Positions 9,354 through 18,587 are shown, counted from the first letter of the stretch. The stretch: 32,000 nucleotides of DNA from Candidatus Aldehydirespiratoraceae bacterium (GCA_965208435.1 OZ242337.1:1422100-1454099); one strand, 5' to 3'. Notes: generated by a model not told the origin, from the letters alone. A program made the numbers and translations.

Positions 9354-10091
9354 TCATTCTCCTCTATTTGTTAATTGTTGAGACGCTAATGGGTCCAACA
9401 CGACCGTGACATTGGTGTGGAGTTGAATGGCTGAAGCAGGTACGGCATCGGAGATCGGACCCTCGACAGTTCGTGCTACGGCACTGGCCTTGCCCGCTCC
9501 GCAGGCCACAAGCAGCAGTTCGGACGCGGCAAGGATCGTGGCGATGCCCTGAGTCATTGCTCGGGTCGGGACAGAGTGCCCGGCCACAAAGAAGCGGGCG
9601 TTGTCCTCCCGGGTCTGCTCGCTCAGTTCAATGACTCGTGTGATGCTGTCGAACGGTGTGCCCGGCTCGTTGAAGGCGATATGGCCATTCGTTCCGATCC
9701 CGAGGATCTGCAGACCGATCGAAGCAGCCCGCACCTCCTGTTCGTAGCGTACGCACTCCGCTGTCAGATCCTGGGCCTGGGTGTTCGGACCATGCAGAGA
9801 GCCACTGCGCAGATCAACGTGTTGCGCGAACAGGCGGTGGACGACAGACCAGTAAGCATTGGGGTCGTACCGTTCCAATCCGACGTATTCGTCGAGCAGG
9901 TAGGCGTCAACGGGACGAAAGCTCAAACCCTGCCGTCGGTGACGACTCACGAGTTCGGCAAAAAGACCTTCCATCGTTTCACCGGTGGCGAGCCCCAATG
10001 CCGGCGACTCTGAGGTGGAGACGAATCGTTCGACGACACCCGCTGCTTCTCGTCCGACGCTGTCGGGGTCGTTGCAGACGATGATCCTCAT
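9354..10091 (-). CDS. nagB: Glucosamine-6-phosphate deaminase (NagB family)
   Basis: 245 aa. GLATGETMEGLF, ILGIGTNGHIAFNEPG and AIQLHTNVTVVLD are typical of NagB. ATGA overlap with the upstream kinase gene. Confidence 0.85.
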   Translation of the reverse strand: MRIIVCNDPDSVGREAAGVVERFVSTSESPALGLATGETMEGLFAELVSRHRRQGLSFRPVDAYLLDEYVGLERYDPNAYWSVVHRLFAQHVDLRSGSLHGPNTQAQDLTAECVRYEQEVRAASIGLQILGIGTNGHIAFNEPGTPFDSITRVIELSEQTREDNARFFVAGHSVPTRAMTQGIATILAASELLLVACGAGKASAVARTVEGPISDAVPASAIQLHTNVTVVLDPLASQQLTNRGE

Positions 10092-10951
10092 GGCGTCGCA
10101 GGGTCCCCAGTGCCTTGGCTGGTGCCCCTGGCTGCGACTGCGGCACCGACGATCCCGGCGTGCATACCGTTGCGAGCCACCGAGATCGGCTTGGAGAGCT
10201 CGAGCTTCGATGAGAACTGCTCAAAGTCGTCGCTGAGCCCACCACCGACGACCCACCGCGAAGGGTTGAGGATTGCCTGAAGTTCGTCGAAGAACGGTTG
10301 TGCACGCCTGGCCCACTCAACAGGGGTGAGCGCCTCAGTTGAGATGGCACGTCCCGATGCGACTTCCTCGAAACAGCCGTCCACGCCACTGAGACTGCCC
10401 AACTCGGAATCGGCTATGAGGTTGCCGTTGTGCAGCAGTGCACTGCCGATGCCGGTGCCGAACGTCAAGACGATCGTGAGGCCGGACTCGTCGAGACTGG
10501 CCTCGCCGTAGACCAGTTCGGCCAGTCCGACCGCGTCGGCGTCGTTGATCAGCACCGCATTGCCTCCGTTGGGGGCGCGCAGCCATGTCAACGCTTCTGT
10601 CTTCTCCCAGGAAGCGCAGAGATTCGGGGCGTGCCTCAAGCTCGATCCGCTGATCATGCCCGGCAGGGCGATGCCTACCGGACCGGTCCACTGCATCGCC
10701 GCAGCGATGCGCCGCGTCGCTGCGGCGACATCATCCGGGTTGGCTGTCGGCGGGGTCGGTTCGACAAGGGCTCGCCTCGTCAGTCTGCCCACTTCGAGAT
10801 CGACGATAGCCCCCTTGATGCTGGTACCTCCAACGTCGATGCCGAGCCACATTGTGGAGCCGTAATCCAGCGGGTGGGGCTGCTGGTCGTGCCCGTCCCC
10901 GTCACGGCTGCGAACAACCTCAGAACACCCCATCTCAATGTCGCGGCTCAT
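10088..10951 (-). CDS. ROK-family sugar kinase (polyphosphate/ATP glucokinase-like)
   Basis: 287 aa. The ROK ATPase N-terminal motif WLGIDVGGTSIKGAIVD follows an N-terminal extension. The M1 start is supported by an ATGA overlap with the upstream ABC ATPase stop. Confidence 0.75.
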   Translation of the reverse strand: MSRDIEMGCSEVVRSRDGDGHDQQPHPLDYGSTMWLGIDVGGTSIKGAIVDLEVGRLTRRALVEPTPPTANPDDVAAATRRIAAAMQWTGPVGIALPGMISGSSLRHAPNLCASWEKTEALTWLRAPNGGNAVLINDADAVGLAELVYGEASLDESGLTIVLTFGTGIGSALLHNGNLIADSELGSLSGVDGCFEEVASGRAISTEALTPVEWARRAQPFFDELQAILNPSRWVVGGGLSDDFEQFSSKLELSKPISVARNGMHAGIVGAAVAARGTSQGTGDPATP

Positions 10952-11751
10952 TCGTCGAGACCGGCGGTTCGAGCGCCCGTGATATAGGCGACAAGGTCGT
11001 CCTTGGTCACCTCACCGACATCGACATCTGCGATTTTCTGACCCTGACGCAACACGATGGCCCGGTCGCACACTGCCGTCACGCGTTCCATGTTGTGAGT
11101 GATCAACAACACGGCGACGCCCGAGTCCCGCAGGCTGCGGATCAACTCGAGCACACGGGCCGCCTGTTCGACGCCCAGCGCCGCCGCGGGTTCGTCGAGC
11201 AGCACGATCTGCTGTCCCCAAGCCACCGCCCGCCCTATCGCCACCGCCTGGCGCTGACCGCCCGACAGAGCATCCAAAGGCCTGCGCAGAGACGGGATGC
11301 GGATGTCGAGACGGCTCAGAATCTCATCGGACTCGCGCCGCATGCGCTTCTTGTCGAGCACGCCGACCAGCGCCCCGAGCCTGCCGCCGCGGGTGTGCTC
11401 ACGGTTGAGGAACAAGTTCTCCACCACATCGAGAGGATCGATCACCGCAAGCGTCTGATGGACCGTCTCAATCCCCAGCGTCCGCGCCGCCTCCGGCGAG
11501 GACACAGCACGCTCAACACCGTTGACACGCACCGTCCCGGCATCGGGCACATACACGCCGGAGATGCACTTGACCAAAGTCGACTTGCCCGCTCCGTTGT
11601 CGCCGAGCAGCGCCGTGACCCGCCCGTAGCGCAGGTCCATCGTCACACCATCGAGCGCCCGCACGGCGCGGAACGACTTGCGCAAGCCAGTGATCTCAAG
11701 CGCAACGGAACCCGGCTGTGCAGAACCCGGATCGGCAGGCACCGCGATCAC
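10948..11751 (-). CDS. ABC transporter ATP-binding protein (single NBD, sugar-type)
   Basis: 267 aa. Walker A GDNGAGKST, signature LSGGQRQ and Walker B LLDEP. Confidence 0.9.
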   Translation of the reverse strand: MIAVPADPGSAQPGSVALEITGLRKSFRAVRALDGVTMDLRYGRVTALLGDNGAGKSTLVKCISGVYVPDAGTVRVNGVERAVSSPEAARTLGIETVHQTLAVIDPLDVVENLFLNREHTRGGRLGALVGVLDKKRMRRESDEILSRLDIRIPSLRRPLDALSGGQRQAVAIGRAVAWGQQIVLLDEPAAALGVEQAARVLELIRSLRDSGVAVLLITHNMERVTAVCDRAIVLRQGQKIADVDVGEVTKDDLVAYITGARTAGLDE

Positions 11752-12959
11752 CGCTGCCCACCGCCGAGCACGACAGGATCACCGAAACAGTTCCACACAC
11801 CCGCCACCCGAGGCTCGCCCCTCGACACGCCCTCAATCCCGACAACGAACGCCCTCGTCACAAAGGCCTGCACACGGAAGCCGAAGACCACCGTCGCACC
11901 CTCAGCCACGGTCCGCCCGCCCTCGGGGTGAAGCTTGGCGTAGTAGTCGATCGCGGCCGGATCGGGCATGTCCGCACGCACCGGGTCAGTCGAGGCCTCA
12001 GACGGGTCGTGCGCCACAACAGCCCGAACCTCGTAGTCGGCGAAGACCGGGTCGATGTAGAGCCCGCCGCCGAAACAGAACGGCACTCCCTGATGGACAT
12101 GGGCCACCTCGCTCAAGTACAGCACCGCCGGCTGCTCAGGCAGATCACCCACCGCATGCAACGGGGTCGTGCCGGTCAGACCATGTCCCGGTTCCACCTG
12201 GGTGCCGCCCGAGTCCGCCAACAGCCCCAGAACCTCAGTCGAGGTCGTCCCGGGCAGATTGAGCTCCAGACGCTCAGGGCTCGCAGGATGCCGACTGGCG
12301 ATCTCCGCAGCCCGGGCCAGGGTCTCAACGTTGCGGGTGGAGCGCACCGCCCCAGTCTCAGAAGAGAACAGCAGCGCCGGAAACGTCGTGAGTCCGGCGA
12401 ACTCCACACCCTGAAGCGAGGCGATGCGGTCGATCATGGCGGGCAGATCGTCCAACAGGACACCACCCTCATGGCCGCTGTAGAACTCGTCGCCCGGATC
12501 GAAGACCCGCACCAACAGCCGCTGCGAACGCCCGCTGGCACGAGCCGCAAAAGCAGATTCAACAGCTTTGTTCGCCGAGAAGACCGTCCAATAATCGGGC
12601 TCAAGGCCGGCGGCCTCAGCAGCCTCGGCTCTCGGAACCTGGACCAGATGGCCCAGATGGCCGAGCCGGTGACCGTTGCGGGCGATGGGCCGGGCACACG
12701 CCATGTCGACCGCGACGAACCCGTCGGCGCCGCCGCGCGCCATGGCAGCGAGCGCGCCCGGCGCCCGGCCGATCTGCTTGGTCATGGCGTAGACGGTCAG
12801 GCCCAGGTCGTGCGCCCGTCCACACAACAGGGCAGTGTTGGCCTCAATGGTGTCGAGGTCGAGCACACAACTGTTGGCTGGAATCCGCCCGGCCTGGTGG
12901 AGCCCGACCGCCGCCTCGACGAAACGCGGATTGTGCTCGAGAAGGGACCGAAGGAACAC
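11748..12959 (-). CDS. YhfX-like / alanine-racemase-N-domain PLP-dependent enzyme
   Basis: 403 aa. The N-terminus MFLRSLLEHNPRFVEAAVGLHQAGRIPANSCVLDLD and the candidate PLP-lysine context YAMTKQIGRAP resemble the YhfX family as I recall it. The gene sits between the permease and ATPase genes. Confidence 0.55.
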   Translation of the reverse strand: MFLRSLLEHNPRFVEAAVGLHQAGRIPANSCVLDLDTIEANTALLCGRAHDLGLTVYAMTKQIGRAPGALAAMARGGADGFVAVDMACARPIARNGHRLGHLGHLVQVPRAEAAEAAGLEPDYWTVFSANKAVESAFAARASGRSQRLLVRVFDPGDEFYSGHEGGVLLDDLPAMIDRIASLQGVEFAGLTTFPALLFSSETGAVRSTRNVETLARAAEIASRHPASPERLELNLPGTTSTEVLGLLADSGGTQVEPGHGLTGTTPLHAVGDLPEQPAVLYLSEVAHVHQGVPFCFGGGLYIDPVFADYEVRAVVAHDPSEASTDPVRADMPDPAAIDYYAKLHPEGGRTVAEGATVVFGFRVQAFVTRAFVVGIEGVSRGEPRVAGVWNCFGDPVVLGGGQR

Positions 12960-12960
12960 C

Positions 12961-13962
12961 TCAACTCTCTTTCTGTTCTCGCATACTCAACGACACGGCC
13001 AGGATGATTATCACTCCCCGGGCGATCTGTTGGTCCGAAACCCGCAGGCCCCAGAGGATCAAGCCGTTGTTCAGCATCGCCATGACAACCGACCCAGCGA
13101 CAGCGCCCGCCACTGAGGCCCGCCCGCCGAAAAGGTTGGTCCCCCCGATCACGACGGCCGCGATCACCGTGAGCAACAGGTTCTCACCGAGGTCATGGCG
13201 ACCGATGGCAAGCCTGCTGGCGAGTAGCACACCGGCGAACGAAGCCGCCGCCGCGCTCACAACCAGGGCCGAAATACGGACCCGGTCGGTATTGATGCCC
13301 AGCGCCTTGGCCGCCGAGCGATCAGAACCCACCGACAGCACATGGCGACCCCAGCGCAGCTGATGCAGAGCGAAATGACCCAGAAGCCCGACCACCGCAG
13401 TCCAGATGAGCAGCGACGAGACCGGGCCGACAGAGCCCGATCCGAAGATCTCCCGGAAGGCGTCGTTGCGAATCGGCAACGACTGAAGGTTGTTCATGTT
13501 GCGGGCGACTCCGCTGACGATCCCGAGCATCCCCAACGTCACAAGGAATGAAGGGATGCGCACCTTGACGGTGATGAACCCGTTGATGAGCCCGATGCCG
13601 GCACCGACGGCCACTGCTGCCAGAGTGCCCGCAACGAAACCGTGGCTGCCCACGACCTCCGCGGCGACCAACGACGACAGAGCAGCAACCGAACCGACCG
13701 ACAGGTCGATCTCCGAGGACGCCAAGGCGAAGGACATGCCCACCGCCATGACCGCGATCGGCGCCGACTGGCGTCCGATGTTTATGAGATTGGAGGAAGT
13801 GAGGAACCCATCGTCGTGCAGAAACACGGCAAACAGCAGGAACACCAGTACCGCAGCCGCGTACACAACGTAGTGACGCAGCTCTGCGTGCTGTCTCCAA
13901 CCGTCGATCCGCGCACGCGCCCCTGAAGGGAGAAGAATGGCGGCGCGCAAATCCCGGTTCAC
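12961..13962 (-). CDS. Sugar ABC transporter permease (RbsC/AraH-like)
   Basis: 333 aa, multi-span hydrophobic protein with the typical branched-sugar permease pattern (GGTNLFGGRASVAGAVAG). Confidence 0.85.
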   Translation of the reverse strand: MNRDLRAAILLPSGARARIDGWRQHAELRHYVVYAAAVLVFLLFAVFLHDDGFLTSSNLINIGRQSAPIAVMAVGMSFALASSEIDLSVGSVAALSSLVAAEVVGSHGFVAGTLAAVAVGAGIGLINGFITVKVRIPSFLVTLGMLGIVSGVARNMNNLQSLPIRNDAFREIFGSGSVGPVSSLLIWTAVVGLLGHFALHQLRWGRHVLSVGSDRSAAKALGINTDRVRISALVVSAAAASFAGVLLASRLAIGRHDLGENLLLTVIAAVVIGGTNLFGGRASVAGAVAGSVVMAMLNNGLILWGLRVSDQQIARGVIIILAVSLSMREQKES

Positions 13963-13987
13963 GATGGGTTCCTCAGATCAAGCCGAC

Positions 13988-15196
13988 TCAGCCGAGGGCA
14001 TCCAGAACCTCTTGGGGAGGATCGTCGGCCAGCGACTGGCGATACCCCTCCTCGATGTTGTCGGCCGTGACCCCGATGGCCGGAACCACCACGAAGGCAG
14101 GCGCCGACTTGCCGAGCACCCCGTAGGCGCCCTCGAGGGCCATGGTGCGTCCGAGGTTGTACGCCTCATCGGCGGCGATGCCGACGACATTGCCCCCCTC
14201 GACCATGTCGAGCGACACGTTGGTATCGAGGTCCATGGTCACGACCGCCACATCGGAGGCGCCCGCGGCACGCAGCGCAGCGATGACGCCATCGGCCGGA
14301 CCCGCCGACCACGGTGCATAGATGCCGTCGAGGTCAGGGTTGCGGGTGAGCAGCGCGGAGGCGATCTCCTCAGCTGCGGCCGGGTCCGCCAACCCCTGCT
14401 CGGCGACAATCTCCATGTCCGGGTAGTTGGCCTCGATCCAGGACTTGAAAGCCTGGTCCCGCTGGTTGGTCACGTAGTAGGCCGCGTCGTGGAAGATGAA
14501 GCCCACTTCGCCCTGCCCGCCGAGCGCGTCAGCGAGCAGATCAGCCGCAGTGATGCCCATCGCCGCAAGGTCGTCGGTCACGATGCCGACATAGTCCTCG
14601 CCGTGAACGTAACCCTGGGGAACGTTGGACAGGAACACCAGCGACACTCCGGCGTCCACAGCCGGGCGGAACGCCTCGGCGCCCGCATCGGGGCCGATCG
14701 CCAGGCTGATAATGATGTCGGGGTCCTGGGCCATGACGGTCTCAACGTCATTGGCCTGCTGAGCTGCGTCGAAACCGGCGTCGGTCTCCGCAATCACGTT
14801 GATCCCGAGTTCCGCGAACGCGTCGCGGGCCCCCTGGCTCACCGCATCCGTGAAAGCACCGGAGGTGTGCCACAGCAGCGCTGCTGTGTATTCGCCCGCC
14901 TGAACTTCGGCGATCTCGGCGTCGTCGAGGCTTATCTCGCTCGCCGCTACGGCCTGCTCGCCGCCGGGCCCCTGGGTAACGGGCCGCTCGGGCTCGGGCT
15001 CGGGCTCAGGTTCCGGCTCGGGCTCAGGTTCCGGCTCGGGCTCGGGATCAGGCGCGGCGGTGGTGGTAGTGGCAGCGTCTGATGAAGTATCATCGTCATC
15101 GCTGTCATCGCCGCATGAGGCGGCGAAGACTGCGAACACGGCGATCAGCGACACGAGTAGCAGCCACTTGGGTATCTTGTTTCTTGGTTGTTTCAT
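13988..15196 (-). CDS. Sugar-type ABC substrate-binding lipoprotein with a (PE)n linker
   Basis: 402 aa. Signal peptide plus lipobox (FAASC), an acidic/Thr-rich segment, PDPEPEPEPEPEPEPEPEPEPE, then a periplasmic-binding-protein type I fold pattern. Confidence 0.85.
   Translation of the reverse strand: MKQPRNKIPKWLLLVSLIAVFAVFAASCGDDSDDDDTSSDAATTTTAAPDPEPEPEPEPEPEPEPEPEPERPVTQGPGGEQAVAASEISLDDAEIAEVQAGEYTAALLWHTSGAFTDAVSQGARDAFAELGINVIAETDAGFDAAQQANDVETVMAQDPDIIISLAIGPDAGAEAFRPAVDAGVSLVFLSNVPQGYVHGEDYVGIVTDDLAAMGITAADLLADALGGQGEVGFIFHDAAYYVTNQRDQAFKSWIEANYPDMEIVAEQGLADPAAAEEIASALLTRNPDLDGIYAPWSAGPADGVIAALRAAGASDVAVVTMDLDTNVSLDMVEGGNVVGIAADEAYNLGRTMALEGAYGVLGKSAPAFVVVPAIGVTADNIEEGYRQSLADDPPQEVLDALG
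14987..15050 (-). repeat. Hexanucleotide-type tandem repeat encoding the (Pro-Glu)n linker
   Basis: ctcgggctcgggctcgggctcaggttccggctcgggctcaggttccggctcgggctcgggatcagg is read directly from the sequence. Confidence 0.9.
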
Positions 15197-15217
15197 GGTC
15201 CCCTCCTTTGGGTCCAG

Positions 15218-16465
15218 TTATGGATCAGCAACCCCGCACCACTGCGCGATGAAGTGGGCGAGCGTACGCGTGGCAGTGACCAGTTCGTCTACGGCCAGCC
15301 GCTCGAACGGCGTGTGACAGTGGGAAATGTCTCCCGGAGCGAAGTAGACGCCGGGAATCCCCAGCTCCCGCAGAAACGGCTTCTCCGACCAGTAGGGGGC
15401 ACCCTCGATCCGAGCGCCCTCTCCGGTCACCTGTTCAATCGACCGGGCCAACACCGCAACCCCCGGATGGTCGACGTCCAGTTCGTCGGGCGTCCCTCCG
15501 AAACGGTGGTCCCGCGGCGCGCTGAACTCCACTGTGCAGTCCACTGAGTGCTCGTCGGCGATCTGTTGGGCGATGGTTCCGATCCGCCCGGCGGCGGTGT
15601 CGAGGCTCTCACCGGGAAGCACCTTGCGGATCAGTGACAGCTCGAAGCGTCCCGGCACCGCGATGTTGCCTCCCGAGGTCACCGAAGTGACCAGCAGGAA
15701 CGCCTCCCCGAGCAGATCATGTGCAGCGACGCCTGAGCGCAGTTCCTCGGAATGGCTCCAAAGCCCCTCCAGCAGGCTGTGGCCGGCCTTGAGAGCGTCC
15801 ACACCGAGCTCCGGGCGCCCGAAGTACGCGGACACCCCGGTATAGCCGATATCGGCTATCAGGAATCCCATCTGCGCCGTGTAGATCGCCGATGTCGTCG
15901 GCTCCGTGTAGATCGCGAAGTCCGCTTCGGGCCATTTCCCGTCGCGGTCCTTCACCGCGGCGCGCATCCCCGCGGACACGCCGCTGCCGGGCTGTCCCGA
16001 CTCCTCGTCGCACACGAACAGCGTCGAGACTCTGCCAGCGGGCCGCAGGCCGACCCTCTCGAATGCGCGGACCGCCTCGATGATCGCGCAGATCCCCGCC
16101 TTCTGGTCCGCGACCCCGCGTCCCCAGATGGCGCCGTCGATGATCGGCGAGGCGAACGGGTCCTCACGGTCGGTTCCCTGCCAGTGCTCCGTCCAGTCGT
16201 CGGTCGCCACCGTGTCGAGATGCCCGGCCAGCAGCAGCGACCGCCCCGAGCCGCCCCCGGCCGAGCCGTGCACATTGGGTCGTTTCGGGGCGCATTCCAC
16301 CAGTTCGGACTCACCGAACACCTCGGACTCGTTGATTCGACCGAAGACCCAGTTGGCGAAGGCCTCCTCGTTGGGAGTCACACTGGGGATCCGAACTGCT
16401 TCGCGCACGAGTTCTACGAGCGCATCGCTGTCGACGGCGCCTGCGACCTCTAAAGCAGCGCTCAT
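15218..16465 (-). CDS. M20-family metallo-amidohydrolase (ArgE/DapE/ACY1-like)
   Basis: 415 aa. Metal-binding patterns LLLAGHLDTV, GRGVADQKAG and CDEESG, and a C-terminal HCHTPFERL, are typical of M20 deacylases. Confidence 0.8.
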   Translation of the reverse strand: MSAALEVAGAVDSDALVELVREAVRIPSVTPNEEAFANWVFGRINESEVFGESELVECAPKRPNVHGSAGGGSGRSLLLAGHLDTVATDDWTEHWQGTDREDPFASPIIDGAIWGRGVADQKAGICAIIEAVRAFERVGLRPAGRVSTLFVCDEESGQPGSGVSAGMRAAVKDRDGKWPEADFAIYTEPTTSAIYTAQMGFLIADIGYTGVSAYFGRPELGVDALKAGHSLLEGLWSHSEELRSGVAAHDLLGEAFLLVTSVTSGGNIAVPGRFELSLIRKVLPGESLDTAAGRIGTIAQQIADEHSVDCTVEFSAPRDHRFGGTPDELDVDHPGVAVLARSIEQVTGEGARIEGAPYWSEKPFLRELGIPGVYFAPGDISHCHTPFERLAVDELVTATRTLAHFIAQWCGVADP

Positions 16466-17655
16466 CTCTGCTGGTCTCCCAAGATCTCTGTGACCAGGGA
16501 CTCATGCACGGAACGCAGAGACATCGACACCGCTCCTACCAGAGCTGCCCGGCGGCCCAGAGTCGATGCCGAAAGCTCGGGAGGCGGGTCGACCAACCGG
16601 GAGAGGTGCAACCGGACTGCGTCCACGAACACCGGGTTGCTGCCCACACCTCCGCCGAAAACGACATGCCCGGGGTCTGCGATCAGACACAGGTGCGATA
16701 CCGCCAGCGCCATGGCCCCTGCCACCTCGTCGAGCACGGACCGCGCCGCATCGTCGCCCGCTTCAACGGCTTCGAATATTTCCGGCACATCCGCGCTGGG
16801 GTCGAGCGCGGAGCGGAGCCCGTCCTCGATCGCGCGTCCGAACAGCTTGCGGATCGAGGGCGCGGAGGCCACATCCTCGAGGGTGACCGGCACCGCGCCG
16901 GGGGCGGGCAGCGACAACAGCAGGGAGCCGACCTCGCCCGCAGATCCGGTGCCGCCCCGGTATAGGTCTCCGCCGACCACCATTCCCAGACCGATACCCG
17001 TGCCGACGGAGATTGCCGCGAAGTCCCTGTCGGGCTGTCCGGCCCCCATCTGAGTCAATTCGCCCAGCGCAGCCAGGTTGACGTCGTTCTCTATGTGGAC
17101 ACGACCGTCCATGCGCTCTGAGAGGAACTCGTGCACCGCCAGACCGTCGAACCCGGGCAGGTTGAGGGCCTGTTCCACGCGGTCGCGGTCACGCCGGTAT
17201 ATTCCGGGCACTCCGATGCACACGCCGCTGCAGGGTCCGTCAATGCTCCGAAGCATCTCAGTGGACGTGCCGACGAGACCATCCAGCGCCGTCCGGGCAT
17301 CGGGACCCGTCTCCACCTCGCACTCGACGACCAGATTGCCCAACAAGTCGCAGACACCGACCAGCATCTTCGTGGCGCCGATGTCGGCGACCACTGAGTG
17401 CCGGGCCGTCGGAACCAGTTCGTAGAGGGCGGCAGGGCGGCCGATCGAACCAGACTTGGGGCTGTCGTTGGCGACTCGGACCAACCCTGCGGACTCCATG
17501 TCAGCGACCAGCGCCGACACAGTCGGTTTGGAGAGGCCGGTGGATCGGGCGATCTCGGCCCTCGACATCCTTCGGGGGTGTGACGCGAACAGTGCGTCAA
17601 CAATCCGTTGGCCACTGATCAGCCTCAGTACAGCGCTTCCAGACCCTTCGCTCAT
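16462..17655 (-). CDS. ROK-family transcriptional regulator
   Basis: 397 aa. N-terminal winged HTH (MSRAEIARSTGLSKPTVSALVADMESAGLV) followed by a ROK sugar-binding domain. It is the first gene of the operon. Confidence 0.85.
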   Translation of the reverse strand: MSEGSGSAVLRLISGQRIVDALFASHPRRMSRAEIARSTGLSKPTVSALVADMESAGLVRVANDSPKSGSIGRPAALYELVPTARHSVVADIGATKMLVGVCDLLGNLVVECEVETGPDARTALDGLVGTSTEMLRSIDGPCSGVCIGVPGIYRRDRDRVEQALNLPGFDGLAVHEFLSERMDGRVHIENDVNLAALGELTQMGAGQPDRDFAAISVGTGIGLGMVVGGDLYRGGTGSAGEVGSLLLSLPAPGAVPVTLEDVASAPSIRKLFGRAIEDGLRSALDPSADVPEIFEAVEAGDDAARSVLDEVAGAMALAVSHLCLIADPGHVVFGGGVGSNPVFVDAVRLHLSRLVDPPPELSASTLGRRAALVGAVSMSLRSVHESLVTEILGDQQR

Positions 17656-17665
17656 ATTGTTAGTA

Positions 17666-17693
17666 ATCTTACCTTACAAATCAGGAATGTCAA
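17666..17693 (-). promoter_or_regulatory. Candidate sigma-70-type promoter of the ROK-regulator operon (near-leaderless)
   Basis: On the minus strand: TTGACA (17693-17688), a 16-nt spacer, TAAGAT (17671-17666), then 10 nt to the ATG at 17655. It lies in a short AT-rich patch. Confidence 0.45.
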
Positions 17694-17829
17694 GAAAGAT
17701 TCGACTGAGCCAAAACGGCTGGCCGCCCGGCGAAAAACACAGCGCAGCTCCGACTACACCCGCCAATAACACAGCACAGTTCCTGCTACGCTCGGCAACA
17801 ACAAGGCAAAGCACAGTAGCGTCAACGGG

Positions 17830-18540
17830 ATGTACAACCTGATCCTGGTGCGCCACGGGCGTTCGGAGTGGAACGACCTCAACCTCTTCACCGGCTGGTA
17901 CGACTGCCCGTTGATGGAGACCGGTCGACAGGAGGCCCGCGACGCCGTGCCGCTGCTGGCCGAGGCAGGCCTGCTGCCGGACATACTCCACACCTCGCTG
18001 CTGCAACGGGCCATCGAGACCGCCGAGATCATCCTCGCCGGACTCGACCGCCGGTGGATTCCCGTGCGAAGGCACTGGCGGCTCAACGAACGCCACTACG
18101 GCAACCTCACCGGCCTCGACAAGGCCCAGGTCGGCGAGATCCACGGTGCCGAACAACTCCGGCAGTGGCGACGCAGCTACAGCACCCCGCCACCGCCGAT
18201 CAGCGAAGACAACGAGTTCAACCCGGCGAAGTCCGCCGCCTACGCCGACCTCGCACCGGAACTGATGCCCGACACCGAGTGCCTCGCAGACGTGGTGGAC
18301 CGGCTCTTGCCCTACTGGTACGACTCGCTGGTCCCCGACCTGCGCACCGGCCGCAACGTCATGGTCGCCGCCCACGGCAACTCACTGCGGGCCCTCGTCA
18401 AACACCTCGACAACATAAGCGACGACGAGATAATCGAACTCAACATCCCCACCGGCGTCCCCCTGCACTACACCATCGGCCCCGACATGCGCCCCACCGA
18501 CCAGGCCCACCCCCTCGACCGGGCCCTGACCGCCGACTGA
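17830..18540 (+). CDS. gpmA: 2,3-bisphosphoglycerate-dependent phosphoglycerate mutase
   Basis: 236 aa. [30 protein letters not shown] and [15 protein letters not shown]. Confidence 0.92.
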   Translation: MYNLILVRHGRSEWNDLNLFTGWYDCPLMETGRQEARDAVPLLAEAGLLPDILHTSLLQRAIETAEIILAGLDRRWIPVRRHWRLNERHYGNLTGLDKAQVGEIHGAEQLRQWRRSYSTPPPPISEDNEFNPAKSAAYADLAPELMPDTECLADVVDRLLPYWYDSLVPDLRTGRNVMVAAHGNSLRALVKHLDNISDDEIIELNIPTGVPLHYTIGPDMRPTDQAHPLDRALTAD

Positions 18541-18587
18541 ACGACCTGGAGGAGGCGGGTTCGCTTGGTCGCGCGGATGTCGTACCA

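Noticed and set aside
10852-15082. Long plus-strand ORFs (10852-11931, 11718-13007, 13937-15082)
   Set aside because: All are antisense to the tightly coupled minus-strand sugar operon. They are Arg/Pro-rich with no motifs.
17674-18375. 233-aa minus-strand ORF
   Set aside because: It is antisense to gpmA, which has clear phosphoglycerate mutase signatures.
18541-18587. Bidirectional terminator between the convergent gpmA and YcaO genes
   Set aside because: Only a 5-bp ACGAC/GTCGT pairing with a large loop is present, and there is no U-tract. This is not convincing.
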